12,574 nt of DNA. It comes from a bacterium (GTDB lineage Bacteria > Zhuqueibacterota > Zhuqueibacteria > Oceanimicrobiales > Oceanimicrobiaceae). The stretch spans positions 1 through 12,574 of the forward strand of contig JBHHXT010000139.1 in the NCBI GenBank assembly GCA_046757165.1. Reading direction: 5' to 3'. Position numbers and translations under genes: made by a program. This document shows positions 1 to 7,411 of this stretch, one piece after another. The notes beneath the pieces are model-generated. The model was not told the origin of the DNA. It was given only the letters and a program-made list of their open reading frames with translations, and ran no database searches. Position 1 is the first letter of the stretch; every line of letters begins with the position of its first letter.

Positions 1-109
1 GGCGACTGTTCGTTTGAGTTTGGTGTCCTCGGCTGTGTTGACCACGCCCATGTCGCCCTCGCCGAGCTTCTGTAAGATTTGATAGTGTGAAATAGTCTTT
101 CCTAATCAT
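1..109 (-). pseudogene. 5' end of a Hanks-type Ser/Thr protein kinase gene, frameshifted and degenerate (runs off the window)
   Basis: Minus-strand frame 105->1 reads [35 protein letters not shown], matching the kinase N-terminal pattern MIGKTISHYxILEKLGEGGMGVVYKAEDTKLxRxVA. The ATG (109-107) is 1 nt out of frame (ATG-A-TTA-GGA) and the kinase frame has a TGA just upstream. The Gly-loop reads GEGDMG and VYKA reads VNTA. Confidence 0.8.
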
Positions 110-141
110 CGAATTTTTTAGCCATAATTTAGCAGGTCCTG

Positions 142-156
142 CCCGTGACTATCGGG
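142..156. repeat. 15-bp palindromic mini-element CCCGTGACTATCGGG
   Basis: Imperfect palindrome with CCCG...CGGG ends, located exactly where the second kinase fragment breaks off after LEKL. Confidence 0.45.
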
Positions 157-200
157 AGTTTCTCGAGAATCTCATAATGTGAAATTTCGTTGCCTGTCAG
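156..200 (-). pseudogene. Second truncated Ser/Thr kinase N-terminal fragment
   Basis: Minus strand reads LTGNEISHYEILEKL, paralogous to [14 protein letters not shown] at 105-64. CTG sits where the ATG is expected, and similarity stops before the Gly-loop. Confidence 0.6.
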
Positions 201-251
201 GTCTGGTGCATCCGGCTTCGCGGACCAAAAGCTTACAAAGGGTATATTTCG

Positions 252-280
252 ATCATACGATATTTGAACGTATTTGTCAA
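252..280 (-). promoter_or_regulatory. Sigma70-type promoter facing the kinase remnants
   Basis: Minus strand TTGACA (280-275), 17-nt spacer, TATGAT (257-252): perfect -35, 5/6 -10 and optimal spacing. Confidence 0.7.
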
Positions 281-295
281 GGAACAAACACGCCG

Positions 296-332
296 CAAAT
301 CCCAATGAACAATCCACAACCTTTGGGATTTG
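296..332. repeat. Perfect 10-bp inverted repeat CAAATCCCAA / TTGGGATTTG with a 17-nt spacer
   Basis: Arms at 296-305 and 323-332 are exact reverse complements, in the divergent intergenic region just upstream of the -35. Confidence 0.6.
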
Positions 333-472
333 GATTACCTCTCGCACCTCTTTCTTCTTGCTTATAAAGCCAATAATAGCTATTTTTGTTAAAAGCGTCT
401 GTAAAGGTGACTTTCTCAAAGAGTTCTTTTTTCGGCATTAGGAAGGTCACTTTTTACACGTCAGAAGGTAAA

Positions 473-509
473 AGATTTCCCACTCCGCTTCGTTCCATTC
501 GAAATGAGA
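473..509. repeat. Degenerate single arm of a REP/RPE-like element (AGATTTC...CGCTTCG...CGAAATGA type)
   Basis: The sequence agatttcccactccgcttcgttccattcgaaatgaga resembles the right arm of GTCATTTCGA...GAAATCT // AGATTTC...TCGAAATGAC palindromic repeats (recognised from memory). No partner arm is seen. Confidence 0.45.
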
Positions 510-531
510 TCCGGTTGAACTTTTCAGAAAA

Positions 532-3500
532 ATGAACAGATGGGCAGTAAACATTCAGGCAAGGAAAAGAGGTTTTGCGTTTTATGCGATTCTGGTCTTC
601 TCGCTGTTTGTTTTGGCAAGCGCTCCGTTGGCGCAGAACAACTCCCACAAAACCACCCGCCAGAATCTGCGATTCAAACATCTTTCCCGGGAGGACGGTC
701 TTTCGCACACATCGGTGCATTGCATCCTGCAGGATAGCAAAGGGTTCATGTGGTTTGCCACCGCCGATGGGTTGAACAAGTTTGATGGCTATCAGTTCAC
801 CATTTACCGGCACGACGCGGAGAATCCCCGGAGCTTGAGCGGCAATTTTGTCTACACAATCTATGAAGACCGCGGCGGTGTGATTTGGGTTGGCAGCGGC
901 GGCGGGTTGAGCCGCTTCGACCGGCAAACCGATCAGTTTTGGAACTACAAAAACGATCCGGACGATCCCAACACACTGAGCGCCAATGATGTCATGGCCA
1001 TTACCGAGGATAGCGAAGGTCTCCTGTGGCTTGGAACCTGGGACGGCGGACTCAACCGCTTCGATAAAGCCACAAAGCGCTTTAAACACTACCAGTATGA
1101 CGCCAACAATCCGGCTGGGATAAGCAACAACGTTGTGCGATCTATTTGCCAGGACCGCTCCGGCGCGCTCTGGCTGGCCACACGTACGGGCCTGAACCGC
1201 TTTGACAAGAAATCAGGTAAATTCAAACGGTATCGGCATGACCCGCGAAATTCGCAGAGTTTGAGCGATGACTGGGTCAGAACGGTTTATGAAGACCGGC
1301 ACGGCGTGCTCTGGGTCGGAACGAATCGGGGCGGGCTCAACCGCTTTAACCGGACGACCGAAACATTCGAGCGCTGCATGCAAAACCCGAAGCATCCCAC
1401 TGAGCAGGAAATCTGTATCCTCTTCGAGGACCAGGAAGATAACTTTTGGGTGGGCACGGCAAACGGACTTTATCATTTCGACAGGAAAACGGAGCATTTT
1501 CAGCTTTATACACATGATCCACAGGATGCCACCAGCCTCAGCAATAATTACATCTATGCGATCAGCGCGGACCGGTCCGGTGGCCTTTGGCTCGGCACCG
1601 CCGCCGGCGGCGTGAACAGCATCGAGCTGAGGTCCAGGCCATTCCGGCACTATCAGCACAACCCCGCGGATGCAGGCAGCTTGAGCGGTCATTCCGTCCT
1701 GTCGGTTCTTGAAGACCGAAGCGGCACGCTCTGGGTCGGAACACAAGGAGCTGGCCTGAACAGGCTTGGCCGCGACGATTCGGGCAGCAATTCTGCGAAA
1801 TTCGTTTCTGAAAATACAGCATTCCGTCACTACCGGCACGATCCTGCGAATCCCCATAGCCTGAGGCACAACATGGTGCAAGCCCTCTATAAGGACCGGC
1901 GCGGCGTGCTGTGGATCGGCACGCCCGACGGCCTGGCGCAGTTCGATCCCGGCGCCGGGCAGTTCCGCAATGTGATGAATCCCGCCGATTCGGAGGATTC
2001 CGATGACAATCTCGTGAAGTCCATCTATGAAGATGATGATGGTCTGATTTGGCTCGGAACGCGCAGGGGGTTGACCCGCTTCGATCCGGTAACTCGCGGG
2101 TTTCAAAGCTACCGGCACGACCCGCAAGATCCCGCCAGTCTTAGCGATGATCGTGTTTATGCCGTCTGTGGCGATAAGAGCGGTGGATTGTGGGTGGGAA
2201 CTTCGGCCGGGTTGAACCTTTTTGACAAAAGAACCGGGCGGTTCAAGCGCTTCTTCCGCCATCCCGCAGACCCCGCAAGTTTGAGTGAAAACGCCGTTAC
2301 CTCGCTTTTTGTCGAGGCGGACGGCACGCTCTGGATCGGAACCTGGGGCGGCGGGTTGAACCGCTATGAACCCAAAACAGCCGTCTTCAAACATTATTTC
2401 GAAAAGCATGGACTCCCCAATAATGTCGTGCACGCGATTGCCCGGGATGGCCAGGGCGACCTGTGGTTGAGCACCAACCGGGGGGTGGCCCGTTTTGATC
2501 CGGCAACCGAAATCTTCCACAGTTACGACAGCCACCATGGGCTGCAGAATACGGAGTTTAATGAAGGTGCGGTTTACAAAAGTCTGCGCACCGGAGAAAT
2601 CTATTTTGGGGGCAAAAACGGATTGACCCGTTTTCACCCGGACAGTGTCCGCGCTGACGCCTATATTCCGCCCGTCGTTCTGACGGATTTTCTCATATTC
2701 AACGAACCGGTGAGCATCTCGGCCGAGGGGCATTCTCCCTTGCGACAACATATTTCCGAGGCCGAAGAGATTGTGCTGGCGCATGATCAGAACGTCTTCA
2801 CCTTCGAGTTTGCGGCGCTGCATTATGCCGCGCCGGAGCGGAATCGCTACGCCTACAAGATGCAAGGTTTTGACCGACAGTGGATCCAGTCCGGAGACCG
2901 ACGTTTTGCTACCTACACCAACCTCGATCCGGGAGAGTATGTTTTTCGCGTCAGAGGGTCGAACAGTGATGCGGTCTGGAATCAACAAGGAACCTCGATT
3001 CGGGTCATCATCAACGCGCCCTGGTGGCGAACCTGGTGGGCCTACACGCTCTATGTTTTGCTCATTGGTGCTGTTCTTTATACAGCCCGGCGCTATGAGA
3101 TGAACCGCATCCGCTTGAAAAACCGGCTCGCCCTCGAGCAGGTAGAGGCGAAGAAATTGAAAGAGCTCGATCAGATGAAGTCCCGCTTTTTCGCCAACAT
3201 CTCTCATGAGTTCCGCACGCCGCTCACGCTGGTACTGGGACAGATGGGCAGCGTCATCTCCAGCGTCACCGAAAGCAGGATAAAGAACAAGCTCCAGGTG
3301 GCCATGCGTAACTCACAGCGACTGCTGCAACTGGTGAACCAATTGCTCGATTTGTCCAGGCTGGAAGCGCACAGCATGAAGCTGAATCTGGTGCGAAACA
3401 ATGTCATCCCGTTTCTGAAGAATTTAGTGGCTTCCTTTGAAGCGCTGGCGCAGGAAAAAGGAATCCGGCTCGAGTTCAAAACGGACTCAGAAGAAATCCT

Positions 3501-4740
3501 GCTTGACTATGAGCCGGACAAACTGGAGAAAATTCTGACCAACCTGTTGTGGAACGCCCTGAAGTTTACGCATGCAGGCGGGCGCATTTGCGTCAAAGTG
3601 GCGACGGCTTCCACCGATGCCGGGTTTGTCGAAATCACGGTGCAAGATACCGGTATCGGCATCTCTGCCGGGAAGCTGCCACACATCTTTGACCGCTTTT
3701 ACCAGGCCGAAGACACGGACACGCGTCACTTCGAGGGCACCGGCATCGGCCTGGCGCTGGCGAAGGAGTTGACCGGGCTTCATCGCGGCACCATTTCAGT
3801 AAAAAGCGAGATTGGCAAGGGCGCCGAATTCACCATGCGTTTACCGCTGCGTCAACCGGGCCTGGCCGTGCCTGAAGAGCCAGCACCGGTCCCGCAACCG
3901 CCGGTCCCGGAAAGCCTAGCCGCCGGCGAAATCGAAGCTGTACACGACCGGAAGACAACGCCGGTAGAGGCTGCACCTGGAGACCAGCCGCTGATCCTGA
4001 TTGTGGAAGACCACGCCGATGTGCGCGCCTACATTCGGGAGAACCTCGAAAGCGCCTACCAGGTACAGGAGGCCGGCAACGGCAAGCAGGGGTATGAATT
4101 AGCGCAGGAGATCATCCCGGACCTGATCATCAGCGACGTCATGATGCCTGAGATGGATGGGTATGAATTCAGCCGCAAGATTCGTGAAAATGAAAAAACC
4201 AGCCACATTCCCATTCTCATGCTGACCGCCAAAGCCGCGGACGAAGACAAGATAGCCGGGTTGGAGTCGGGCGTCGACGGCTATCTCATCAAGCCGTTCA
4301 ACGCCAAAGAGTTGCAGGTAAGAATGGCCAATCTCATTGAGCTGCGACAAAAACTCCGCGAGAAGTTCAGCCGGGCAACGGTGATTCGCCCGTCCGAGGT
4401 GCAGGCCACCTCCGTAGACCAGGCCTTCCTGCAGCGTGTGCTTGCTACCATCGAGGAGCGGATGGCCGACGAGCTGTTCAACGTCGAGAAACTGGCCGCC
4501 ACGGTGCACATGAGCGAACCCCAGCTCAACCGCAAGCTAAACGCCCTGATCGGTCAGCCCCCCGGCCAGTTGCTCCGCAGCCTGCGCCTGCAGCGCGCCG
4601 CCGACCTGCTCGAGCAAAACGCCGGCAACGTCGCCGAGATCGCCTACCAGGTCGGGTTTTCCGACCAGGCTAATTTCACGCGCAGCTTCAAGAAGCAGTT
4701 CGGGGTGTCGCCGTCAGCGTATCGCAAGGGAGTGGGATAG
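532..4740 (+). CDS. Hybrid two-component system (HTCS) sensor kinase/response regulator with AraC output, 1402 aa
   Basis: N-terminal signal/anchor; repeated Reg_prop blades (SLS..V..I.ED..G.LWVGT..GLNRFD); Y_Y_Y (ATYTNLDPGEYVFRVRGSN); TM (PWWRTWWAYTLYVLLIGAVLY); H-box FFANISHEFRTPLTL; N/G/F boxes (NLLWNALKFT, DTGIGI, IFDRFYQ, GTGIGLAL); receiver (ILIVEDH, ISDVMMPEMDG, LTAK, KPF); AraC HTH (VAEIAYQVGFSDQANFTRSFKKQFGVSPSAYR). Confidence 0.97.
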   Translation: MNRWAVNIQARKRGFAFYAILVFSLFVLASAPLAQNNSHKTTRQNLRFKHLSREDGLSHTSVHCILQDSKGFMWFATADGLNKFDGYQFTIYRHDAENPRSLSGNFVYTIYEDRGGVIWVGSGGGLSRFDRQTDQFWNYKNDPDDPNTLSANDVMAITEDSEGLLWLGTWDGGLNRFDKATKRFKHYQYDANNPAGISNNVVRSICQDRSGALWLATRTGLNRFDKKSGKFKRYRHDPRNSQSLSDDWVRTVYEDRHGVLWVGTNRGGLNRFNRTTETFERCMQNPKHPTEQEICILFEDQEDNFWVGTANGLYHFDRKTEHFQLYTHDPQDATSLSNNYIYAISADRSGGLWLGTAAGGVNSIELRSRPFRHYQHNPADAGSLSGHSVLSVLEDRSGTLWVGTQGAGLNRLGRDDSGSNSAKFVSENTAFRHYRHDPANPHSLRHNMVQALYKDRRGVLWIGTPDGLAQFDPGAGQFRNVMNPADSEDSDDNLVKSIYEDDDGLIWLGTRRGLTRFDPVTRGFQSYRHDPQDPASLSDDRVYAVCGDKSGGLWVGTSAGLNLFDKRTGRFKRFFRHPADPASLSENAVTSLFVEADGTLWIGTWGGGLNRYEPKTAVFKHYFEKHGLPNNVVHAIARDGQGDLWLSTNRGVARFDPATEIFHSYDSHHGLQNTEFNEGAVYKSLRTGEIYFGGKNGLTRFHPDSVRADAYIPPVVLTDFLIFNEPVSISAEGHSPLRQHISEAEEIVLAHDQNVFTFEFAALHYAAPERNRYAYKMQGFDRQWIQSGDRRFATYTNLDPGEYVFRVRGSNSDAVWNQQGTSIRVIINAPWWRTWWAYTLYVLLIGAVLYTARRYEMNRIRLKNRLALEQVEAKKLKELDQMKSRFFANISHEFRTPLTLVLGQMGSVISSVTESRIKNKLQVAMRNSQRLLQLVNQLLDLSRLEAHSMKLNLVRNNVIPFLKNLVASFEALAQEKGIRLEFKTDSEEILLDYEPDKLEKILTNLLWNALKFTHAGGRICVKVATASTDAGFVEITVQDTGIGISAGKLPHIFDRFYQAEDTDTRHFEGTGIGLALAKELTGLHRGTISVKSEIGKGAEFTMRLPLRQPGLAVPEEPAPVPQPPVPESLAAGEIEAVHDRKTTPVEAAPGDQPLILIVEDHADVRAYIRENLESAYQVQEAGNGKQGYELAQEIIPDLIISDVMMPEMDGYEFSRKIRENEKTSHIPILMLTAKAADEDKIAGLESGVDGYLIKPFNAKELQVRMANLIELRQKLREKFSRATVIRPSEVQATSVDQAFLQRVLATIEERMADELFNVEKLAATVHMSEPQLNRKLNALIGQPPGQLLRSLRLQRAADLLEQNAGNVAEIAYQVGFSDQANFTRSFKKQFGVSPSAYRKGVG

Positions 4741-4816
4741 GTCGTGCAAAGACAGCCGCCGAGTCCGTCGGGGATTGATCGCCTGTGAGCGGACTATCTG
4801 TGAGGCGCCATTTACT

Positions 4817-5001
4817 CTATTGCCAGGGGCCGTTTTTTCTCCACGTCTGTTTCGCATCGTCCTCGCTCTGTATGGCCCACACGACCGGCAAAAGGAATCT
4901 TGCGATCTCCTCAATGACTGAATGAGACTACCTACCTTCATATCTGGCTTAGCTCTCTTAACGAATGCTTTCCACTGGGTTTTAGATTCTATCTTGTTGT
5001 T
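4817..5001 (-). pseudogene. 3' remnant resembling an AbiEii/AbiGii-family nucleotidyltransferase toxin, frameshifted
   Basis: Frame from 5001 reads NNKIESKTQWKAFVKRAKPDMKVGSLI. After a 1-nt shift near 4919 it reads VIEEIARFLLPVVWAIQSEDDAKQTWRKNGPWQ* (4918-4817). The joined pattern K.QW.AF.....L..VI..I..FL.P......W...GPW* matches C-termini I recall for AbiEii-family proteins. There is no start codon or N-terminal domain. Confidence 0.6.
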
Positions 5002-5074
5002 TCATTAGAGCTTTATGAGTTACAATTCATAGTTAAATATATACAAATGAATAGGAAATGCAACACATTTATTC

Positions 5075-5114
5075 CAACAATTCAACAATTCAACCATGTA
5101 ACCATCCACCCGTC
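5075..5114 (+). repeat. Degenerating 8-bp tandem repeat (5 units)
   Basis: caacaatt caacaatt caaccatg taaccatc cacccgtc. Confidence 0.65.
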
Positions 5115-5147
5115 CCCATCAAAACCCTTGCCAATTCCCCCGCAACA

Positions 5148-5184
5148 TGCAAGAAAATGACAAATTTTTGCAAGGAATCGCCAA
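5148..5184 (+). promoter_or_regulatory. Candidate AraC/HTCS activator site: 16-bp direct repeat with a 21-bp period
   Basis: TGCAAGAAAATGACAA (5148-5163) and TGCAAGGAATCGCCAA (5169-5184) are 12/16 identical. A -10-like TACCTT follows at 5206-5211, so the second repeat abuts the expected -35 position. Confidence 0.5.
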
Positions 5185-5280
5185 GAATTCATCACCCTCG
5201 TTTCGTACCTTGACCCCAGCAGGCAGAGTTCGTTGAACCCCACGATACGCTACTGACACAATTCCAACAAGGAGGTAGCG

Positions 5281-5703
5281 ATGAAAACGACAAAAAAGAG
5301 CGCCGTTTATAAGGACATCGGCAAACTGCAATTGGAGAGCGGCGAGATGCAGATCTGGGATAAGCTCGACCTCCCGTTCGGCAGCAAAGTCGAGATTACT
5401 ATCGAGTACGAGCCGGAAGATTATCTGAGCGGCCGGAATGGCGTGGTCTGGGCCACCACCTCGCTGGATCAGGCTGAGACCGTGCAAGGCGCCTTGCAGG
5501 CGCAGAAAATTGCCGCGGAAATTACCGAAAAACCGCTGGCCGCGGGCAGGCTCTATTGTCTTCGCGTCACCGATTCAGCGCGCATTGCCGAGTCTATCGA
5601 TTTCGTCTGGCGGCACGAAGATGGGCTGAACTTGCGGCCCGATTGGACCTACCCCGCAGACCAGGAGAATGCCAGCTTTGCCAAATGGCTGCGAGCAATT
5701 TGA
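5281..5703 (+). CDS. Hypothetical protein, 140 aa; possible AF2212/AbrB-like N-terminus plus DUF2007/PII-like region
   Basis: Strong RBS AGGAGG at 5270-5275 and host-like codon usage. LDLPFGSKVEITIE resembles AF2212-like beta motifs; VWATTSLDQAETVQGALQAQKI resembles the DUF2007 beta-alpha start. Both similarities are weak. Confidence 0.85.
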   Translation: MKTTKKSAVYKDIGKLQLESGEMQIWDKLDLPFGSKVEITIEYEPEDYLSGRNGVVWATTSLDQAETVQGALQAQKIAAEITEKPLAAGRLYCLRVTDSARIAESIDFVWRHEDGLNLRPDWTYPADQENASFAKWLRAI

Positions 5704-5733
5704 TTTGGGATTCTTAAAGGTTACCTAGCCGGA

Positions 5734-5757
5734 GAAACCGGAATCCGAAGCACGAAA
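5734..5757 (+). repeat. Degenerate heptamer tandem repeat
   Basis: gaaaccg gaatccg aagcacg aaa; a related gaaatcc gaaatcc lies at 12427-12440. Confidence 0.4.
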
Positions 5758-5772
5758 TTGGGAGTACACCTC

Positions 5773-6936
5773 ATGCAAGCAAAAATTCTGGTGGTAGATG
5801 ATGAGCCGGATCTGGAACAGATGATCCTGCAAAAATTTCGCAAGCAGATACGCAGCCGGGAATATGAATTCCTGTTTGCTGAAAACGGCGTCGAGGCGTT
5901 GGAAAAACTCGGCCAGAACGGCGACTTCGATCTGGTGCTGACCGACATCAACATGCCGGAAATGGATGGCCTGACCCTGCTCTCGAAGCTGCAGGAACTG
6001 AATGTTATTCTCAAACCGGTGATCGTTTCCGCCTATGGCGACATGGCCAACATCCGCATCGCCATGAACCGCGGCGCCTTCGACTTCGTCACCAAGCCCA
6101 TCGATTTGCACGATCTGGAGGTGACCGTCAACAAGTCGCTGACAGAGATGCACATGCTGCGCGAGGCCATCAAGGCGCACGACAAGCTGGTGGCCATCGA
6201 AATGGAATTGAGCGTCGCCACGGAAATCCAGACCTCCATTTTGCCGCAGACCTTTCCGCCCTTTCCGGACCGCAAAGAATTCGACATCCATGCCCGCATG
6301 CTGACGGCCAACGAGGTCGGCGGCGATTTCTACGATTTTTTCCCCATCGACAAATATCGCATCGGGTTCACCGTCGGCGACGTCACCGGCAAAGGCGTGC
6401 CGGCCGCCATGTTGATGGCGGTCAGCCGGACGCTGCTGAAATACACCGCCTTGCGGGGGATTTCGCCGGACGCCTGCATGGCCGAGATCAACAACGTGCT
6501 GGTGGAAGAAAGCAAACCCGAAATGTTCGTGACCATCTTCTACGGGGTGCTGGATACGCGCAACGGCATGATGGAGTATTGCAACGGCGGCCACAACCCG
6601 CCTTACCTGGTTTCGGCCGACGGCAACGTGAAACAGCTCGAAATGGTCGGCGGCATATTTGTCGGTGCTGTGAGAGAAGCGGAATATCGCTCCAATGTTC
6701 TCACTTTGCAGCCCGGCGATGCCGTGTTTCTCTATTCCGACGGCGTCACCGAGGCCATGGATTTGGACCAGGAGGAATTCCTGGAAGCCGGGCTCGAAAA
6801 GAGTCTGCAGAATAAACCGGACGCCTCGGTCACGGAGATGACCGAACAAGTCATGCAAGATGTACAAACCTGGGCCAAAGGCGCGCCGCAGTCCGACGAC
6901 ATCACGGTGCTGGCGCTGAAGTACAACGGACAGTGA
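5773..6936 (+). CDS. Response regulator receiver fused to a PP2C/SpoIIE (RsbU-like) serine phosphatase, 387 aa
   Basis: ATG at 5773 with GGAG RBS at 5761-5764. Receiver motifs ILVVDDE, LTDINMPEMDG, VSAYG and TKP; PP2C motifs VGGDFYDF, VGDVTGKGVPAA, CNGGHNPP, YSDGVTEA and DDIT. Confidence 0.95.
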   Translation: MQAKILVVDDEPDLEQMILQKFRKQIRSREYEFLFAENGVEALEKLGQNGDFDLVLTDINMPEMDGLTLLSKLQELNVILKPVIVSAYGDMANIRIAMNRGAFDFVTKPIDLHDLEVTVNKSLTEMHMLREAIKAHDKLVAIEMELSVATEIQTSILPQTFPPFPDRKEFDIHARMLTANEVGGDFYDFFPIDKYRIGFTVGDVTGKGVPAAMLMAVSRTLLKYTALRGISPDACMAEINNVLVEESKPEMFVTIFYGVLDTRNGMMEYCNGGHNPPYLVSADGNVKQLEMVGGIFVGAVREAEYRSNVLTLQPGDAVFLYSDGVTEAMDLDQEEFLEAGLEKSLQNKPDASVTEMTEQVMQDVQTWAKGAPQSDDITVLALKYNGQ

Positions 6937-6999
6937 ATTGAACAGAGATTTTGCAGATTGGAGTTTGCAAGCTTGGCAATACTTGGGAGAGACGCTTTT

Positions 7000-7410
7000 A
7001 TGAAAATCATGATCGTCGATGATGAGAAGGATGTGAAAGTGCTGTTTCTGCAGCAATTCAGAAAAGAAATCAGGAAGGGCAAGCTCGTTCTTCATTTCGC
7101 TTTCTCAGGAGAATCTGCCCTGCAGTGTCTCGAAAAGAAAGGTGAGAAGTATTTCTCGCTCATCCTTTCGGACATCAACATGCCCGGCATGAATGGCCTG
7201 GAGCTGCTGAAGGCGATCAAAGCGCGCTTCTCCGGGCTGAGCGTCTGCATGATTACCGCTTACGGCGACGAGCAGACCTACCGCAAAGCCGTGGAGTACG
7301 GCTGCAGCGACTATTTTACCAAGCCGATTGCCTTCAAAGCGTTGAAGAAAAAGGTGTTGACCGGTGAGCTGGCAGCCCGAAAAGTTACCAACACAGAACC
7401 AGGACCCTGA
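7000..7410 (+). CDS. Single-domain response regulator, 136 aa
   Basis: ATG at 7000 after GGGAGA. Motifs IMIVDDE, LSDINMPGMNG, ITAYG and FTKPI; all phospho-pocket residues are present. Confidence 0.93.
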   Translation: MKIMIVDDEKDVKVLFLQQFRKEIRKGKLVLHFAFSGESALQCLEKKGEKYFSLILSDINMPGMNGLELLKAIKARFSGLSVCMITAYGDEQTYRKAVEYGCSDYFTKPIAFKALKKKVLTGELAARKVTNTEPGP

Positions 7411-7411
7411 C

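Noticed and set aside
129..419. 96-aa minus-strand ORF as a real gene
   Set aside because: It runs through the promoter and the inverted repeat. Only the ISHYEILEKL segment looks protein-like, and that is annotated as a fragment.
700..2640. Recurring DNA words such as ctctgggtcggaac as a CRISPR or DGR-like array
   Set aside because: They are explained by beta-propeller blade repeats, vary at synonymous positions, and no cas or reverse transcriptase gene is present.
1213..3207. 664-aa minus-strand ORF (also 454-1089, 3204-3783 and 4056-4535)
   Set aside because: These are antisense shadows of the GC-rich HTCS gene with no recognisable motifs.
4714..4941. 75-aa minus-strand ORF
   Set aside because: It is mostly the wrong frame of the toxin-like remnant and overlaps the HTCS stop.
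5228..5238. GTTC-GTT-GAAC as an SOS box
   Set aside because: It is too short, and its orientation and spacing do not match the LexA boxes I know.
5725..7095. 456-aa minus-strand ORF and other antisense ORFs through 12128
   Set aside because: They mirror well-supported + strand genes and are typical codon-bias shadows.
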